Shown piece after piece: positions 9,330 to 18,028 of a stretch of 64,000 nucleotides of DNA. The position numbers and the translations under genes are program-made. Location of the stretch: assembly GCA_964418775.1 (NCBI GenBank), contig CAYQNA010000001.1:64446-128445 (forward strand), read 5' to 3'. The stretch's first letter is position 1, and every line of letters starts with the position of its first letter. Under the pieces are notes generated by a model. The model was not told the origin of the DNA. It ran no database searches and saw only the letters and a program-made list of their open reading frames with translations. This DNA is from an uncultured Gammaproteobacteria bacterium (lineage in GTDB: Bacteria > Patescibacteriota > Patescibacteriia > Magasanikbacterales > UBA922).

Positions 9330-9953
9330 CTATTGTGCTGCGGCGCGACGTTTTTTGTGCCAATGACGATATGCAATCGCACCAACCACGATCACAAACA
9401 AGGCCGCGCCAATTTTGTCACCCTTGTCTGACCATTCGGCGGCTTTGGTCCAATTACTTTGCAAAGTGTAGCCGATATAAATTAAAAAAGTATTCCAAAT
9501 AATTGAGCCAGCTGCAGAATACAACATGAATGGTGCTAGTGGCATGCGCGACAGGCCCGCTGGGAGGGCGACATAGCTGCGCACAATTGGTACGAATTTG
9601 CTTAGAAAAATCGCTTTGCCACCGTGTTTAGCAAAGAATTCTTCGGCTTTGGTAACATCTTCGGGCTTGACCCAAACCCAGTGTCCCCAACGAGCAATCA
9701 CCGGGCGACCACCATAGCGACCAAGGGCATACAAAAAATACGCGCCACCCAAGCTGCCAATCGTGGTGGCCAAGAGCACGCCAACCCACGTGAATTTGCC
9801 GCTGCTAATCAAAAAACCAGAAAATGGCACAATTAATTCACTAGGAATTGGGGCAATAATCGCTTCCAAAGCCATTAAAAACGCCAGTCCAGCATAGCCA
9901 ACGCGTTCGATGAACGAGATAATATAATTGGTAAGGGCAATAAACATATGCAA
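9330..9953 (-). CDS. DedA/VTT-domain (SNARE-associated) family membrane protein
   Basis: Sequence pattern typical of DedA (ERVGYAGLAFLMALEAIIAPIPSELIV ... KFVPIVRSYVALPAGL). Confidence 0.75.
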   Translation of the reverse strand: MHMFIALTNYIISFIERVGYAGLAFLMALEAIIAPIPSELIVPFSGFLISSGKFTWVGVLLATTIGSLGGAYFLYALGRYGGRPVIARWGHWVWVKPEDVTKAEEFFAKHGGKAIFLSKFVPIVRSYVALPAGLSRMPLAPFMLYSAAGSIIWNTFLIYIGYTLQSNWTKAAEWSDKGDKIGAALFVIVVGAIAYRHWHKKRRAAAQ

Positions 9954-10003
9954 TTAGTATACGGGAATTTTCCAGGTTGCGCTAGGCTTGCTATACTCTG
10001 GGA

Positions 10004-10504
10004 ATGAAATTAAATCAATTCACAATTGAAACGCCAGTAGGGATTTTTTCAGTTATTTGCGCGCAAAAAAAGCCAGGAAAAACAGTTGTGTGCGCGGCTG
10101 GTTTTGCGGATTGCCAAAAATTGCAGGCACGCTTGCCGGTAGAGTGGCAAAACATAGTGGTGACCACGGTCCAGCGCCACCCATATAAAACCAAATTTCA
10201 GGCTTATTTTAAAGGGCAAAAACACGCTTTGAAGGGCATCCGGTGGGAACAGGCTGGCACTGAATTTAGCCGCGCTGTGTGGGCGCAGATTGCACGGGTA
10301 AAAGTCGGTGAGGTAATAACGTACGGTGAATTGGCGGCGGCGATTGGGAGGCCACGGGCTGTGCGGGCCGTCGGGACTGCGTGCGGTCGCAATTTGGTGG
10401 CAGTGTTAGTGCCCTGTCACCGCGTAGTTAGCCGAACTGGGGCAGGCGACAAATATGCGTATGGCGCTGCAGCCAAAGCATTTTTATTAGCGCTAGAGCA
10501 TTAA
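10004..10504 (+). CDS. ogt: Methylated-DNA--protein-cysteine methyltransferase
   Basis: Active-site motif PCHRVV. The motif VITYGELAAAIGRPRAVRAVGTACGRN matches the MGMT DNA-binding domain. Confidence 0.85.
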   Translation: MKLNQFTIETPVGIFSVICAQKKPGKTVVCAAGFADCQKLQARLPVEWQNIVVTTVQRHPYKTKFQAYFKGQKHALKGIRWEQAGTEFSRAVWAQIARVKVGEVITYGELAAAIGRPRAVRAVGTACGRNLVAVLVPCHRVVSRTGAGDKYAYGAAAKAFLLALEH

Positions 10505-11868
10505 GAATATTTGGCAATATACGCGGCCACATCGAATTTTTTGGCACAACCACTGCGCGCCAGATAGCGAATTTGCCCAAAAATCGGGCGCTCAAACCAG
10601 GCGCGGTCGTGCACGCCACCAATACTCCAGGCAATTCCCGTGTATCCATTAGGGTCACGACCATCGAGTTCGTATTTGTCATTTAAATAAATCGCAATTT
10701 TCATGGCATCGGCCGGTGTTTTGGTCCATTCCGTAATTTTTTTGGCCCAGTACATGCGCAGGTAGCCGTGCATTTTGCCAGTCAAAAGTAATTCACGTTG
10801 GGCCGCATTCCACAGGTCGTCGTGTGTGCGTGCATGTTCAAATTCAGCGCGTGTGTACACATATTCGCGCGGATCATGAGCGTGTGCGTGCAAAGTTTTT
10901 TGCGCCCACGCCGGGAAGCCGGCCGGTGTATCGTAGTGCGGATTGTATAAACAAAAATTATCCGCTAATTCGCGACGCACGATTAATTCTTCCAGGAACG
11001 CGGCCACTGGTGTTTCGCCAGCTAAGGCTTGATGGAGGCTAACGCCAGCCTGTTTTAGCACAGCCAAGGCAACTCGGTGTGCTGATAGTAAGCCGTAATG
11101 TAAATACGGCGACAAATTTGACTGCGCGTCGGCAAGCGCATTGTTACGGTCCAAATACCGGGGGAGTGTGTGGCGCAAAAAATGTTGCAAGGCGCGGTGG
11201 GCCGCTGCTTCGCCAGGGACAAAGTTGGTGGGCTGCGCGTCCTGATTTACCGCAGGGTGTTTTAGTAATTTATTCCAATTAATCGCTGGTACGGCGTGGC
11301 CAAATGGGATTGGGTGTTTTTTTAGTGAGGGAATTTCGGTCAAATATTCGGGTAGAGCGCGGTGTAATTTGGGGCGCAAGGTGTAGGCGCCGAATTCTTG
11401 TTTTGGCGAGGCTAACCACGCTGGCACAATATTGTGCGCGTCTACTTCGCGCAGTGACACGTGCAGTGATTTGGCGAGTTTTGCTTTCCAAGCGCGCTGA
11501 ATTCGGAGTGGCGAAAAATCAGTAACTACCGCACCAACGTGGTGTTTCTCGCAAAATTCCTGGAGTAAACGGGGTGAATCTGTGCCAGTTTCGTCGAGAA
11601 TAATAAAAAGCGGAATATCTTTTTTGGCTAATTCAGTCTGCAATTCCTGCAAACTACGGATTTTAAAATCCCATTGTCGGGCCGAGCCATGCAAAAAATT
11701 CACCACTAAGTTGTAAACTACTAATAGTGGTGCATGATTTTCAAGCGCTAGCGTCTGGGCTTCCAAAAGAGCCCAGTTATCCTGGGCTCTAAGGTCACGG
11801 TCGAGCCAATATACAATTGGTCCCGTTGACACCGTGTGCGGGTTGAGTGGGCGAATGCGATTTAACAT
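10501..11868 (-). CDS. phr: Deoxyribodipyrimidine photolyase/cryptochrome family protein (class II-like)
   Basis: N-terminal photolyase alpha/beta domain (IVYWLDRDLRAQDNWAL) and FAD-binding helical domain. Length 455 aa. Confidence 0.75.
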   Translation of the reverse strand: MLNRIRPLNPHTVSTGPIVYWLDRDLRAQDNWALLEAQTLALENHAPLLVVYNLVVNFLHGSARQWDFKIRSLQELQTELAKKDIPLFIILDETGTDSPRLLQEFCEKHHVGAVVTDFSPLRIQRAWKAKLAKSLHVSLREVDAHNIVPAWLASPKQEFGAYTLRPKLHRALPEYLTEIPSLKKHPIPFGHAVPAINWNKLLKHPAVNQDAQPTNFVPGEAAAHRALQHFLRHTLPRYLDRNNALADAQSNLSPYLHYGLLSAHRVALAVLKQAGVSLHQALAGETPVAAFLEELIVRRELADNFCLYNPHYDTPAGFPAWAQKTLHAHAHDPREYVYTRAEFEHARTHDDLWNAAQRELLLTGKMHGYLRMYWAKKITEWTKTPADAMKIAIYLNDKYELDGRDPNGYTGIAWSIGGVHDRAWFERPIFGQIRYLARSGCAKKFDVAAYIAKYS

Positions 11869-11933
11869 AGTCGGTATACATCAAAAAAATGCCGTGATGG
11901 AAATAACCGAAATAAACATCTGCAGTATACTGA

Positions 11934-13547
11934 CTATTTTTTGAGCCGACAATACTGGGCATTTATAAGTTGGGCAGTAGCTTTACCTACATTGCCCGTG
12001 CCTCTGGTATATCCGCCAGGGGTTAGGATAATGCTGCGGTACTTTTCTTGGTAGCGTATGATCGCTTTGCGTGTGGCGTTATCAAATACACCAGTGGTTG
12101 GAATATTTTTTTCATTCTCGTTTTCCTTAAGGAAGGTCTGCACCTTTTTAATTGAGTCAGGATTATTTTTTTGGCCGTAATTTAAAATTTTATCTGGATC
12201 TATGTAAATAACACAAGATGGTTTGCTTTGCTCACAAACATCCTGGTTAATTTGCAAAATTGTAGCCCCTCCGACTGTGCCTGTCCCTTTTAAAAGTTTA
12301 CTAGGGTAAAGGATGGTTTGTTTATTCTTTAATTGGTAACGAACGACGGCGTCGTATGTTTTTCTGTCAAATTTGCCGTTCACTAAAAGATTTTCGTGCT
12401 CATATTTATTTAAAAAGTTTTGTAATTTCTTTACGTGGACTTGGTCGTTCTTTTTTGTTTGTGAGAGTATTAGAGATGGATTAAGATAATCAGCACAAGA
12501 ACTCGTAGTGATTTCTCTTTGAATATTTTTTTGAGTAGAATTTGGAATTAAAGGGCGAGATATAAAATAATCATAAGGCGCCGTCATTATGCTGGGACCA
12601 GGAGCAGACGTATTATTTTGACTAATTGGTGTACTAACGCCAACTGCAACAAAGAGAGTTAGGTGATTAACGGAAACAGTTATACTTTGTTTGTCTGAAG
12701 CCACCGTGCCGCCATCACCCGCGAGACGGTATTGGTTGTTAGTGGTATCTAGATAGTATACTTTTATATTACTACTTTCATTACCCGGTAGTGGAATACT
12801 AAGCGTAATGTTTTTATCAAAAACTACACTGTCTGCTTGGGTTGTAATTTCAAGGCCTTGCCTAAAATTGAGTGACGAAGGAAGGGGGGTCGGCAGTTCC
12901 GACTCGATTTTATTTTCAGGAAGTCCAATAGTTAGTGTATATGTATCGCCATTTTCATTTTCAGCAGAAGTGTTTGAGTCTATGTATACCCAGGCTCCAG
13001 TAGTGGTGTTACGCATGGTGATGGGGGCCAATATCATACCACTGTTTGGTAGATCTAAAGGTTGAGCCATCTCGGCTGGGGTAGTAGTCGCAGTGGTTGG
13101 CAAATTGGTATCACGAACTCGGTAGGGTCTCCAATCGGTTTGCGGACGGTAGGCGCCGTCAAAATTAATAGTGCCCAATACACTTGAACTAGCGTACCCG
13201 GTAAATATCCCATTTTCGTCAATTATAGTGTGGCTAAAATCAATAAAGCCGGTGCTTTCACCCCAAGCATAACCAGACAGTTGACCCTCTGAGTTATTAC
13301 TAACCCCAGCATTGCTGGGGTTAAGGTTAATCCAGCCATAGTTTGGGTTCCAAACAGAGCCGAATATCATTGAATCGGTAATGGTTACATTACTGTTTGT
13401 GGTGCCGAAATTTAGCCATCCCGCTCTACTTGCCCAGACGTATGTGTTGGTTGTACTAATGGTTCCGGTTGTAACCGAAGCATGTGATGGGGGGATGCCG
13501 AGGACTAGGCTTATACTAAACAGTATGAGCATCCAAATCCGTCTCAT
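11934..13547 (-). CDS. Secreted protein with two C-terminal putative peptidoglycan-binding (PG_binding_1-like) domains
   Basis: Signal peptide (MRRIWMLILFSISLVLGIPPSHA). Two C-terminal repeats of the form V(K/Q)xLQxFL ... G(K/V)FD ... T..A(V/I)(V/I)RYQ match the PGBD helix-bundle signature. Confidence 0.6.
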   Translation of the reverse strand: MRRIWMLILFSISLVLGIPPSHASVTTGTISTTNTYVWASRAGWLNFGTTNSNVTITDSMIFGSVWNPNYGWINLNPSNAGVSNNSEGQLSGYAWGESTGFIDFSHTIIDENGIFTGYASSSVLGTINFDGAYRPQTDWRPYRVRDTNLPTTATTTPAEMAQPLDLPNSGMILAPITMRNTTTGAWVYIDSNTSAENENGDTYTLTIGLPENKIESELPTPLPSSLNFRQGLEITTQADSVVFDKNITLSIPLPGNESSNIKVYYLDTTNNQYRLAGDGGTVASDKQSITVSVNHLTLFVAVGVSTPISQNNTSAPGPSIMTAPYDYFISRPLIPNSTQKNIQREITTSSCADYLNPSLILSQTKKNDQVHVKKLQNFLNKYEHENLLVNGKFDRKTYDAVVRYQLKNKQTILYPSKLLKGTGTVGGATILQINQDVCEQSKPSCVIYIDPDKILNYGQKNNPDSIKKVQTFLKENENEKNIPTTGVFDNATRKAIIRYQEKYRSIILTPGGYTRGTGNVGKATAQLINAQYCRLKK

Positions 13548-13548
13548 A

Positions 13549-14391
13549 TTAATTAATTACGTACCAAGCGCTGCCGTTTGAGATAATTTGTTTGCTCGTG
13601 TAGAGTACGCTCATGACAAGTGTTGAAGCGCCTTCAATCTGCCCGCTTGCTGGGCTCAGTGTCACGGTCTTGAGAGAACCCAGGCTAATTACTTTAATTA
13701 TATACATTCGACCAGGTACGGAACTGGCAGTTGGGAGTGTAATTGTGAGATTAGCACTCGAAGCGTCAACGAGAAGAATATTATCATTGGCGGTTAGGGT
13801 GTAGTTGCTACTAACAGAGCGGAGTGTGTGAGAAATTGAACCGTTTACGTGCAACGTGCTCGATGGTGCAGCGGTTCCCAAGCCAAGATATCCATTGGCA
13901 CTGTCCCAATATAATTGGGAATTGCTTTGCGCAAAGTTTCCGCTTGTGCCCGCGTACACAATCGAGCCCGCGGTTAAGGCTGTGGTTGTGCCTGTGCCGC
14001 CGCGTGTAACTGGAATTACACTGCCATTCCAAACACCACTCGTAATTGTACCCAGTGTAGTGATGTTGGTGGATCCAGTCCATGTGGACAGGGCTGTGTT
14101 TTCTACACTCCCCAAACCAACCACACTTTTGTTTAGGCTCGCCCAGGATTTGTCGCCGCGCCAATATTCGGCAATTGTGGACGTGCTTATAAGTGGCTCT
14201 TTGCCAGCCAATGTCGCAGTGTAATCAGTCTGCGATACTGTGCAGTTTGTTTCACCTGGTGCACAATCAGGGTTCAATGTTTCTCCTGCACTATATGGTG
14301 TTGAACGTGCCAAAACTTGATCAGCGGACACTATTAAATACAAAAAGAACAGCATGGTGGTGCTGGCAGCAAACGTTTTCCGCCAGTTCAT
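13549..14391 (-). CDS. Secreted hypothetical protein (Gly/Ser/Thr-rich)
   Basis: Signal peptide and T/S/G-rich beta-rich sequence. Immediately upstream of, and probably co-transcribed with, the PG-binding protein (2 nt gap). Confidence 0.5.
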   Translation of the reverse strand: MNWRKTFAASTTMLFFLYLIVSADQVLARSTPYSAGETLNPDCAPGETNCTVSQTDYTATLAGKEPLISTSTIAEYWRGDKSWASLNKSVVGLGSVENTALSTWTGSTNITTLGTITSGVWNGSVIPVTRGGTGTTTALTAGSIVYAGTSGNFAQSNSQLYWDSANGYLGLGTAAPSSTLHVNGSISHTLRSVSSNYTLTANDNILLVDASSANLTITLPTASSVPGRMYIIKVISLGSLKTVTLSPASGQIEGASTLVMSVLYTSKQIISNGSAWYVIN

Positions 14392-14647
14392 AAAAAATGA
14401 AATGAATTTTTAGTAGTATACCATAACCATGGTTTAATCCCAAATTCACGGCGAATATCTTGAAGCGGCATGTTTAAATAAGCCTTATAATCGAAGTGCG
14501 GTCATTTTTTCTTTTGTTGTATAGCGCGGATAAAGGCGCGGAAAATACGAGGTGAAGTCAAGACAAAGCGACGGATCATGCGCCATGGACCAAATGTTTT
14601 AAGGAGCTCAACCGCGAATTTTGTTTTCGGCATTTCAATCACTTCTT

Positions 14648-15040
14648 TTATTTACGGAAAAGAGCCTTATATTTATCCCAGTAAGCGTAACCAAGGTAGA
14701 TGGTAAGCGCAGTCACAAGAAGGCCTCCCCACATGTCAGCAATAGCTGGAGCCACAGATAGGTGAAAAACCAAAATGCCAACGCAAATTGGAGCTACAAA
14801 TAAAGTGGCGAGTGCTGGTAACAATCCGATTACGAGCATGATACCAGCCACAAGTTCAGTGATTTTAATCATGTGGAAAATCCCTGTATCGATGAGGGTT
14901 TTCGTGTAAGGCAATAACGGTGCTGGGATCTCTTCGAGACCATTAGCTGCGGCCATGAGGCCACCGACGCCACTCATGATCAAAAACAAACCGAGCAAAA
15001 CACGAACAGCAATGACCAACTTGCGATTACGATAATCCAT
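14648..15040 (-). CDS. DoxX-family membrane protein
   Basis: 130 aa with 4 predicted TM helices, an arrangement typical of DoxX. Confidence 0.55.
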   Translation of the reverse strand: MDYRNRKLVIAVRVLLGLFLIMSGVGGLMAAANGLEEIPAPLLPYTKTLIDTGIFHMIKITELVAGIMLVIGLLPALATLFVAPICVGILVFHLSVAPAIADMWGGLLVTALTIYLGYAYWDKYKALFRK

Positions 15041-15057
15041 AAAAATAAAATGACTAA

Positions 15058-15456
15058 TTATTTTGCGTTAGGGTCAGCCTGGTGAATACCAAAGGTGTTG
15101 CCTTCGGTATCTAGGTAGTAACCCTGCCAGGCCATGCCAGCGAGCGCGAATTTCGGCATGGCCACTTTGCCGCCAGCGGCGAGAATTTTTTCATGCATGG
15201 CATCGTAATTCTCCACATCCATGGTGCAAACAAACGCGTTTGTACCGCATTGTTCTGGCGGCATATCAGCTGGACGCTTCAGCAGACCGCCATTAATACC
15301 TTGGTCTTTGCTGTCTTTTGGGGCTGTCATAATTACCCAATAGTCCCAGCCTAAACCTGGCCATTTACTAATTTCCCAGCCAAAAATATCTGTGTAAAAT
15401 TTGGCGGCGCGTTCAGGTTCCTGAGCCTGAATCTCAAAGTGGACGGGGCGATTCAT
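15058..15456 (-). CDS. VOC-family (glyoxalase/bleomycin-resistance fold) protein
   Basis: HFEIQAQEPERAAKFYTDIFGWE ... GNTFGIHQ is the typical VOC beta-alpha-beta-beta-beta module. Confidence 0.7.
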   Translation of the reverse strand: MNRPVHFEIQAQEPERAAKFYTDIFGWEISKWPGLGWDYWVIMTAPKDSKDQGINGGLLKRPADMPPEQCGTNAFVCTMDVENYDAMHEKILAAGGKVAMPKFALAGMAWQGYYLDTEGNTFGIHQADPNAK

Positions 15457-15531
15457 AAAAAATAGTTAGATACTTAAACCCTATCATGCACAGCCCCGGC
15501 GGTCAAACTAGGTTGGTTTCAAAACAGTAAC

Positions 15532-16383
15532 ATGGTAGTATATGGCCATATGGCTCAATCTCAATCAATTCAAAATGTACGGCTAGAAACCATGAAAAAA
15601 TTTCGCCAAGCCTGGTGGCAATTTTTGATTACATTTTTAGTCACCAGTGCAATAGGGGTTTGGTTGTACGATGGCACGGTAGACGATGCGATGGATGCGG
15701 TTAAATTGGTTTTGGTCGTGCTTAGCCTCCACATTAGTTGGGTTTGGTCTCGTCATTATGGACAGTTCCATAGAAGATTTATGTCCCAATTCGCGGCCGA
15801 ACATAAACTTGTGTTCACCGCGGTTGGGCAGACAACTGGTCGTCATGGAAAATTATTCAAACACTTGCGATCCGGCAAATTGTTTAATATTGTAAGTGGT
15901 ACGATTTTGGGTTTACCATCTGAATTGTTTAATTACACCTACAAATCGGGGAGTGGTAAGGCTACGGTTACACACGAGGTAACGGCGCTCCAGGTTACGT
16001 TCAAGGGGTTGGTACCAAATTTTGCCGTGATTGAGAAAAAAGAAACAATTGATTCGATTTTGCGTCCGGGCCCGGGACAATACACACACGAACTCGAGGG
16101 CGACTTTTTTAAATTTTACAAACTATACGTGACTGACAATTTTGAGATTGAAATATTGGAAATTTTAACGCCCGAAATTATGGCGTTTATGATTGACGAG
16201 GGTAAGCATTTAAGCTTTGAATTTATTGAAAACCAGCTGTTTATTTACCAGGACAAGTATATTGGTGAAAAGCAAGAATTGGTAAATTTTGTGACACTGG
16301 CGCGCCTGCTTTTGGGGCGTCTGCACAAAAGAATTGGCCGCCTGCATGATGACGTGGCCGCGATGAGTTCGGTCGCAAAGTAA
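15532..16383 (+). CDS. Hypothetical membrane protein
   Basis: N-terminal TM helices with a soluble C-terminal domain. No motif recognised. Start uncertain, several in-frame Met. Confidence 0.4.
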   Translation: MVVYGHMAQSQSIQNVRLETMKKFRQAWWQFLITFLVTSAIGVWLYDGTVDDAMDAVKLVLVVLSLHISWVWSRHYGQFHRRFMSQFAAEHKLVFTAVGQTTGRHGKLFKHLRSGKLFNIVSGTILGLPSELFNYTYKSGSGKATVTHEVTALQVTFKGLVPNFAVIEKKETIDSILRPGPGQYTHELEGDFFKFYKLYVTDNFEIEILEILTPEIMAFMIDEGKHLSFEFIENQLFIYQDKYIGEKQELVNFVTLARLLLGRLHKRIGRLHDDVAAMSSVAK

Positions 16384-16398
16384 GTGTGAGTTGAAAAT

Positions 16399-16486
16399 TG
16401 GCGGAGAGGGAGGGATTCGAACCCTCGAGGCCTTGCGGCCAACCGCTTTTCGAGAGCGGCACGTTAGACCACTCTGACACCTCTCC
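16399..16486 (-). tRNA. tRNA-Ser (anticodon CGA)
   Basis: Minus-strand sequence GGAGAGGTGTCAGAGTGGTCTAACGTGCCGCTCTCGAAAAGCGGTTGGCCGCAAGGCCTCGAGGGTTCGAATCCCTCCCTCTCCGCCA. It has a cloverleaf, a long variable arm, the T-loop GGTTCGAATCC and an encoded CCA. Anticodon loop CTCGAAA. Confidence 0.9.
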
Positions 16487-16523
16487 ATAGGTAGGCAGAG
16501 GGTATCATGTTGGAAGAGAAAAA

Positions 16524-16892
16524 TCAAGTCCAGGACTTTTTTGATTTTGCTTTGGGTTTTGGGGTGGGGAGAGCGTCGGCAGTGGTGATGATAAGCTCGT
16601 TGAGCCAGTCGGCGTCTTCGATGTGTTCGGGCGCAATTTTCATGGCTGGCTTGGCGCCAGGGTAGGGGAAACCTTCGTGGTAGGTAGCCCCGACAAACTC
16701 TTTGCCTGGTGGGGTGATTTTTACAAATAAAGTATTGTCACAAACCAAAGCAACGACTTTTCCGTGATAGTATAGTGCGTATTCACCAAACATTTTGCGG
16801 GCCGAAGCCTCGGTGGAATTCAGTTGGTCGAGGATGTAGTCGATTGTCGATGGAGGGGTAGCCATATAAGCAGCCAAAAGAAAATACCCCAA
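16524..16892 (-). CDS. TfoX/Sxy N-terminal-domain protein
   Basis: ARKMFGEYALYYHGKVVALVCDNTLFVK matches the TfoX_N consensus (RxMFGGYGLY.DGK.FALI.DD.LYLK). Start may be the internal Met at 16865, which reduces overlap with the upstream gene. Confidence 0.6.
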   Translation of the reverse strand: MGYFLLAAYMATPPSTIDYILDQLNSTEASARKMFGEYALYYHGKVVALVCDNTLFVKITPPGKEFVGATYHEGFPYPGAKPAMKIAPEHIEDADWLNELIITTADALPTPKPKAKSKKSWT

Positions 16893-18028
16893 TCATTTTT
16901 AATATAGGGTGAATCAACTAGGCCCATCATTAACCAGGCTGCGAGGGCCGCCAGTAACATAATTGCAAGATCGTCGTGTGTTTTGAAGGCCGGAGTGAGT
17001 AATTGAAAAAATGAAATTACGATGATGCTGATAAATCCGATTAAGCCAAGTAGGCCAATATTAATCCACATGGTTAAAACGATGTTGTGCGGATGGTGAA
17101 AGACCTCAATACGTTTGTCCTGACGGAACGGGCGAATTTCATCGGAATACGTCGCGAGCCCGGCGCCACGAAGGGGGTGGATTTTTAAATAAGCGATAGT
17201 TTCGCTCCACATGTCGCGACGCAATTGGCCAGAACGATTTTGTGCAAGCAATTCTTGTTTGAGACCTGAATTTATAGGTAACAAATACACGCCAATTAGT
17301 GCGAGGATCGCTCCGGCAACTGCAAACCAACGTGTTTTGCGCCATACAATTAAGGCCACGCCAATTGCCGCGGCTACGCCCATTAATCCGGCGGTTGATT
17401 TGGCAAATATAATTCCGGCTAAGCCAAGTGGGATGTAAACAAGGCCGAGCGCGCGATACAAATTATTTTTTTGCAGTGCTAGATATGCAGCAATTGGCAT
17501 TAACATCGCCAACCACAGACCAACCGCATTTGGAAAACCATACCAACCAGTGACGCGATAAGAATTTTGGTTGGCCCAAAAGCTATATGGCACCAACCAG
17601 CCGGTGAAATGCTGGTACATAGCAAGTGCGGCCGTGACAATGCCACCTGCAACTAAACCTACTGCGAGTTTACACCAATCAGCGCGCGTACGCACAACCG
17701 TGGCCGCAATCAATGCCACAATAATTGGCTCAACGTAAAATGCACGCCATTCACCAAGCGCGGCACGTAGGTTGGGACTTATGAATGCGTTAATTGTTGC
17801 ACCAAGCAAAAATACACCCGAGGCAATTGTTAGAGCGCGATTATTTTTGATGAGTGAGCCGAGTTCGCGCCAACTTTGTTTACCTCGCGCCAGCCACCAA
17901 ATAATCAGAACCCAAATCATTACCTCGAGCAATGTTGTGGGTAGTGGTCCAACCGAAAAACGCACCAAGTACGTTGGTAGTAATGCGAGAATGAGGGCCA
18001 AAAAATTGATCATATTAACTGCGAGCAA
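16820..18028 (-). CDS. O-antigen ligase (Wzy_C/WaaL)-like polytopic membrane protein
   Basis: About 10-12 TM helices with a large loop, typical of O-antigen ligase/polymerase family proteins. Adjacent to a Wzx-like flippase. Confidence 0.6.
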   Translation of the reverse strand: MLAVNMINFLALILALLPTYLVRFSVGPLPTTLLEVMIWVLIIWWLARGKQSWRELGSLIKNNRALTIASGVFLLGATINAFISPNLRAALGEWRAFYVEPIIVALIAATVVRTRADWCKLAVGLVAGGIVTAALAMYQHFTGWLVPYSFWANQNSYRVTGWYGFPNAVGLWLAMLMPIAAYLALQKNNLYRALGLVYIPLGLAGIIFAKSTAGLMGVAAAIGVALIVWRKTRWFAVAGAILALIGVYLLPINSGLKQELLAQNRSGQLRRDMWSETIAYLKIHPLRGAGLATYSDEIRPFRQDKRIEVFHHPHNIVLTMWINIGLLGLIGFISIIVISFFQLLTPAFKTHDDLAIMLLAALAAWLMMGLVDSPYIKNDWGIFFWLLIWLPLHRQSTTSSTN

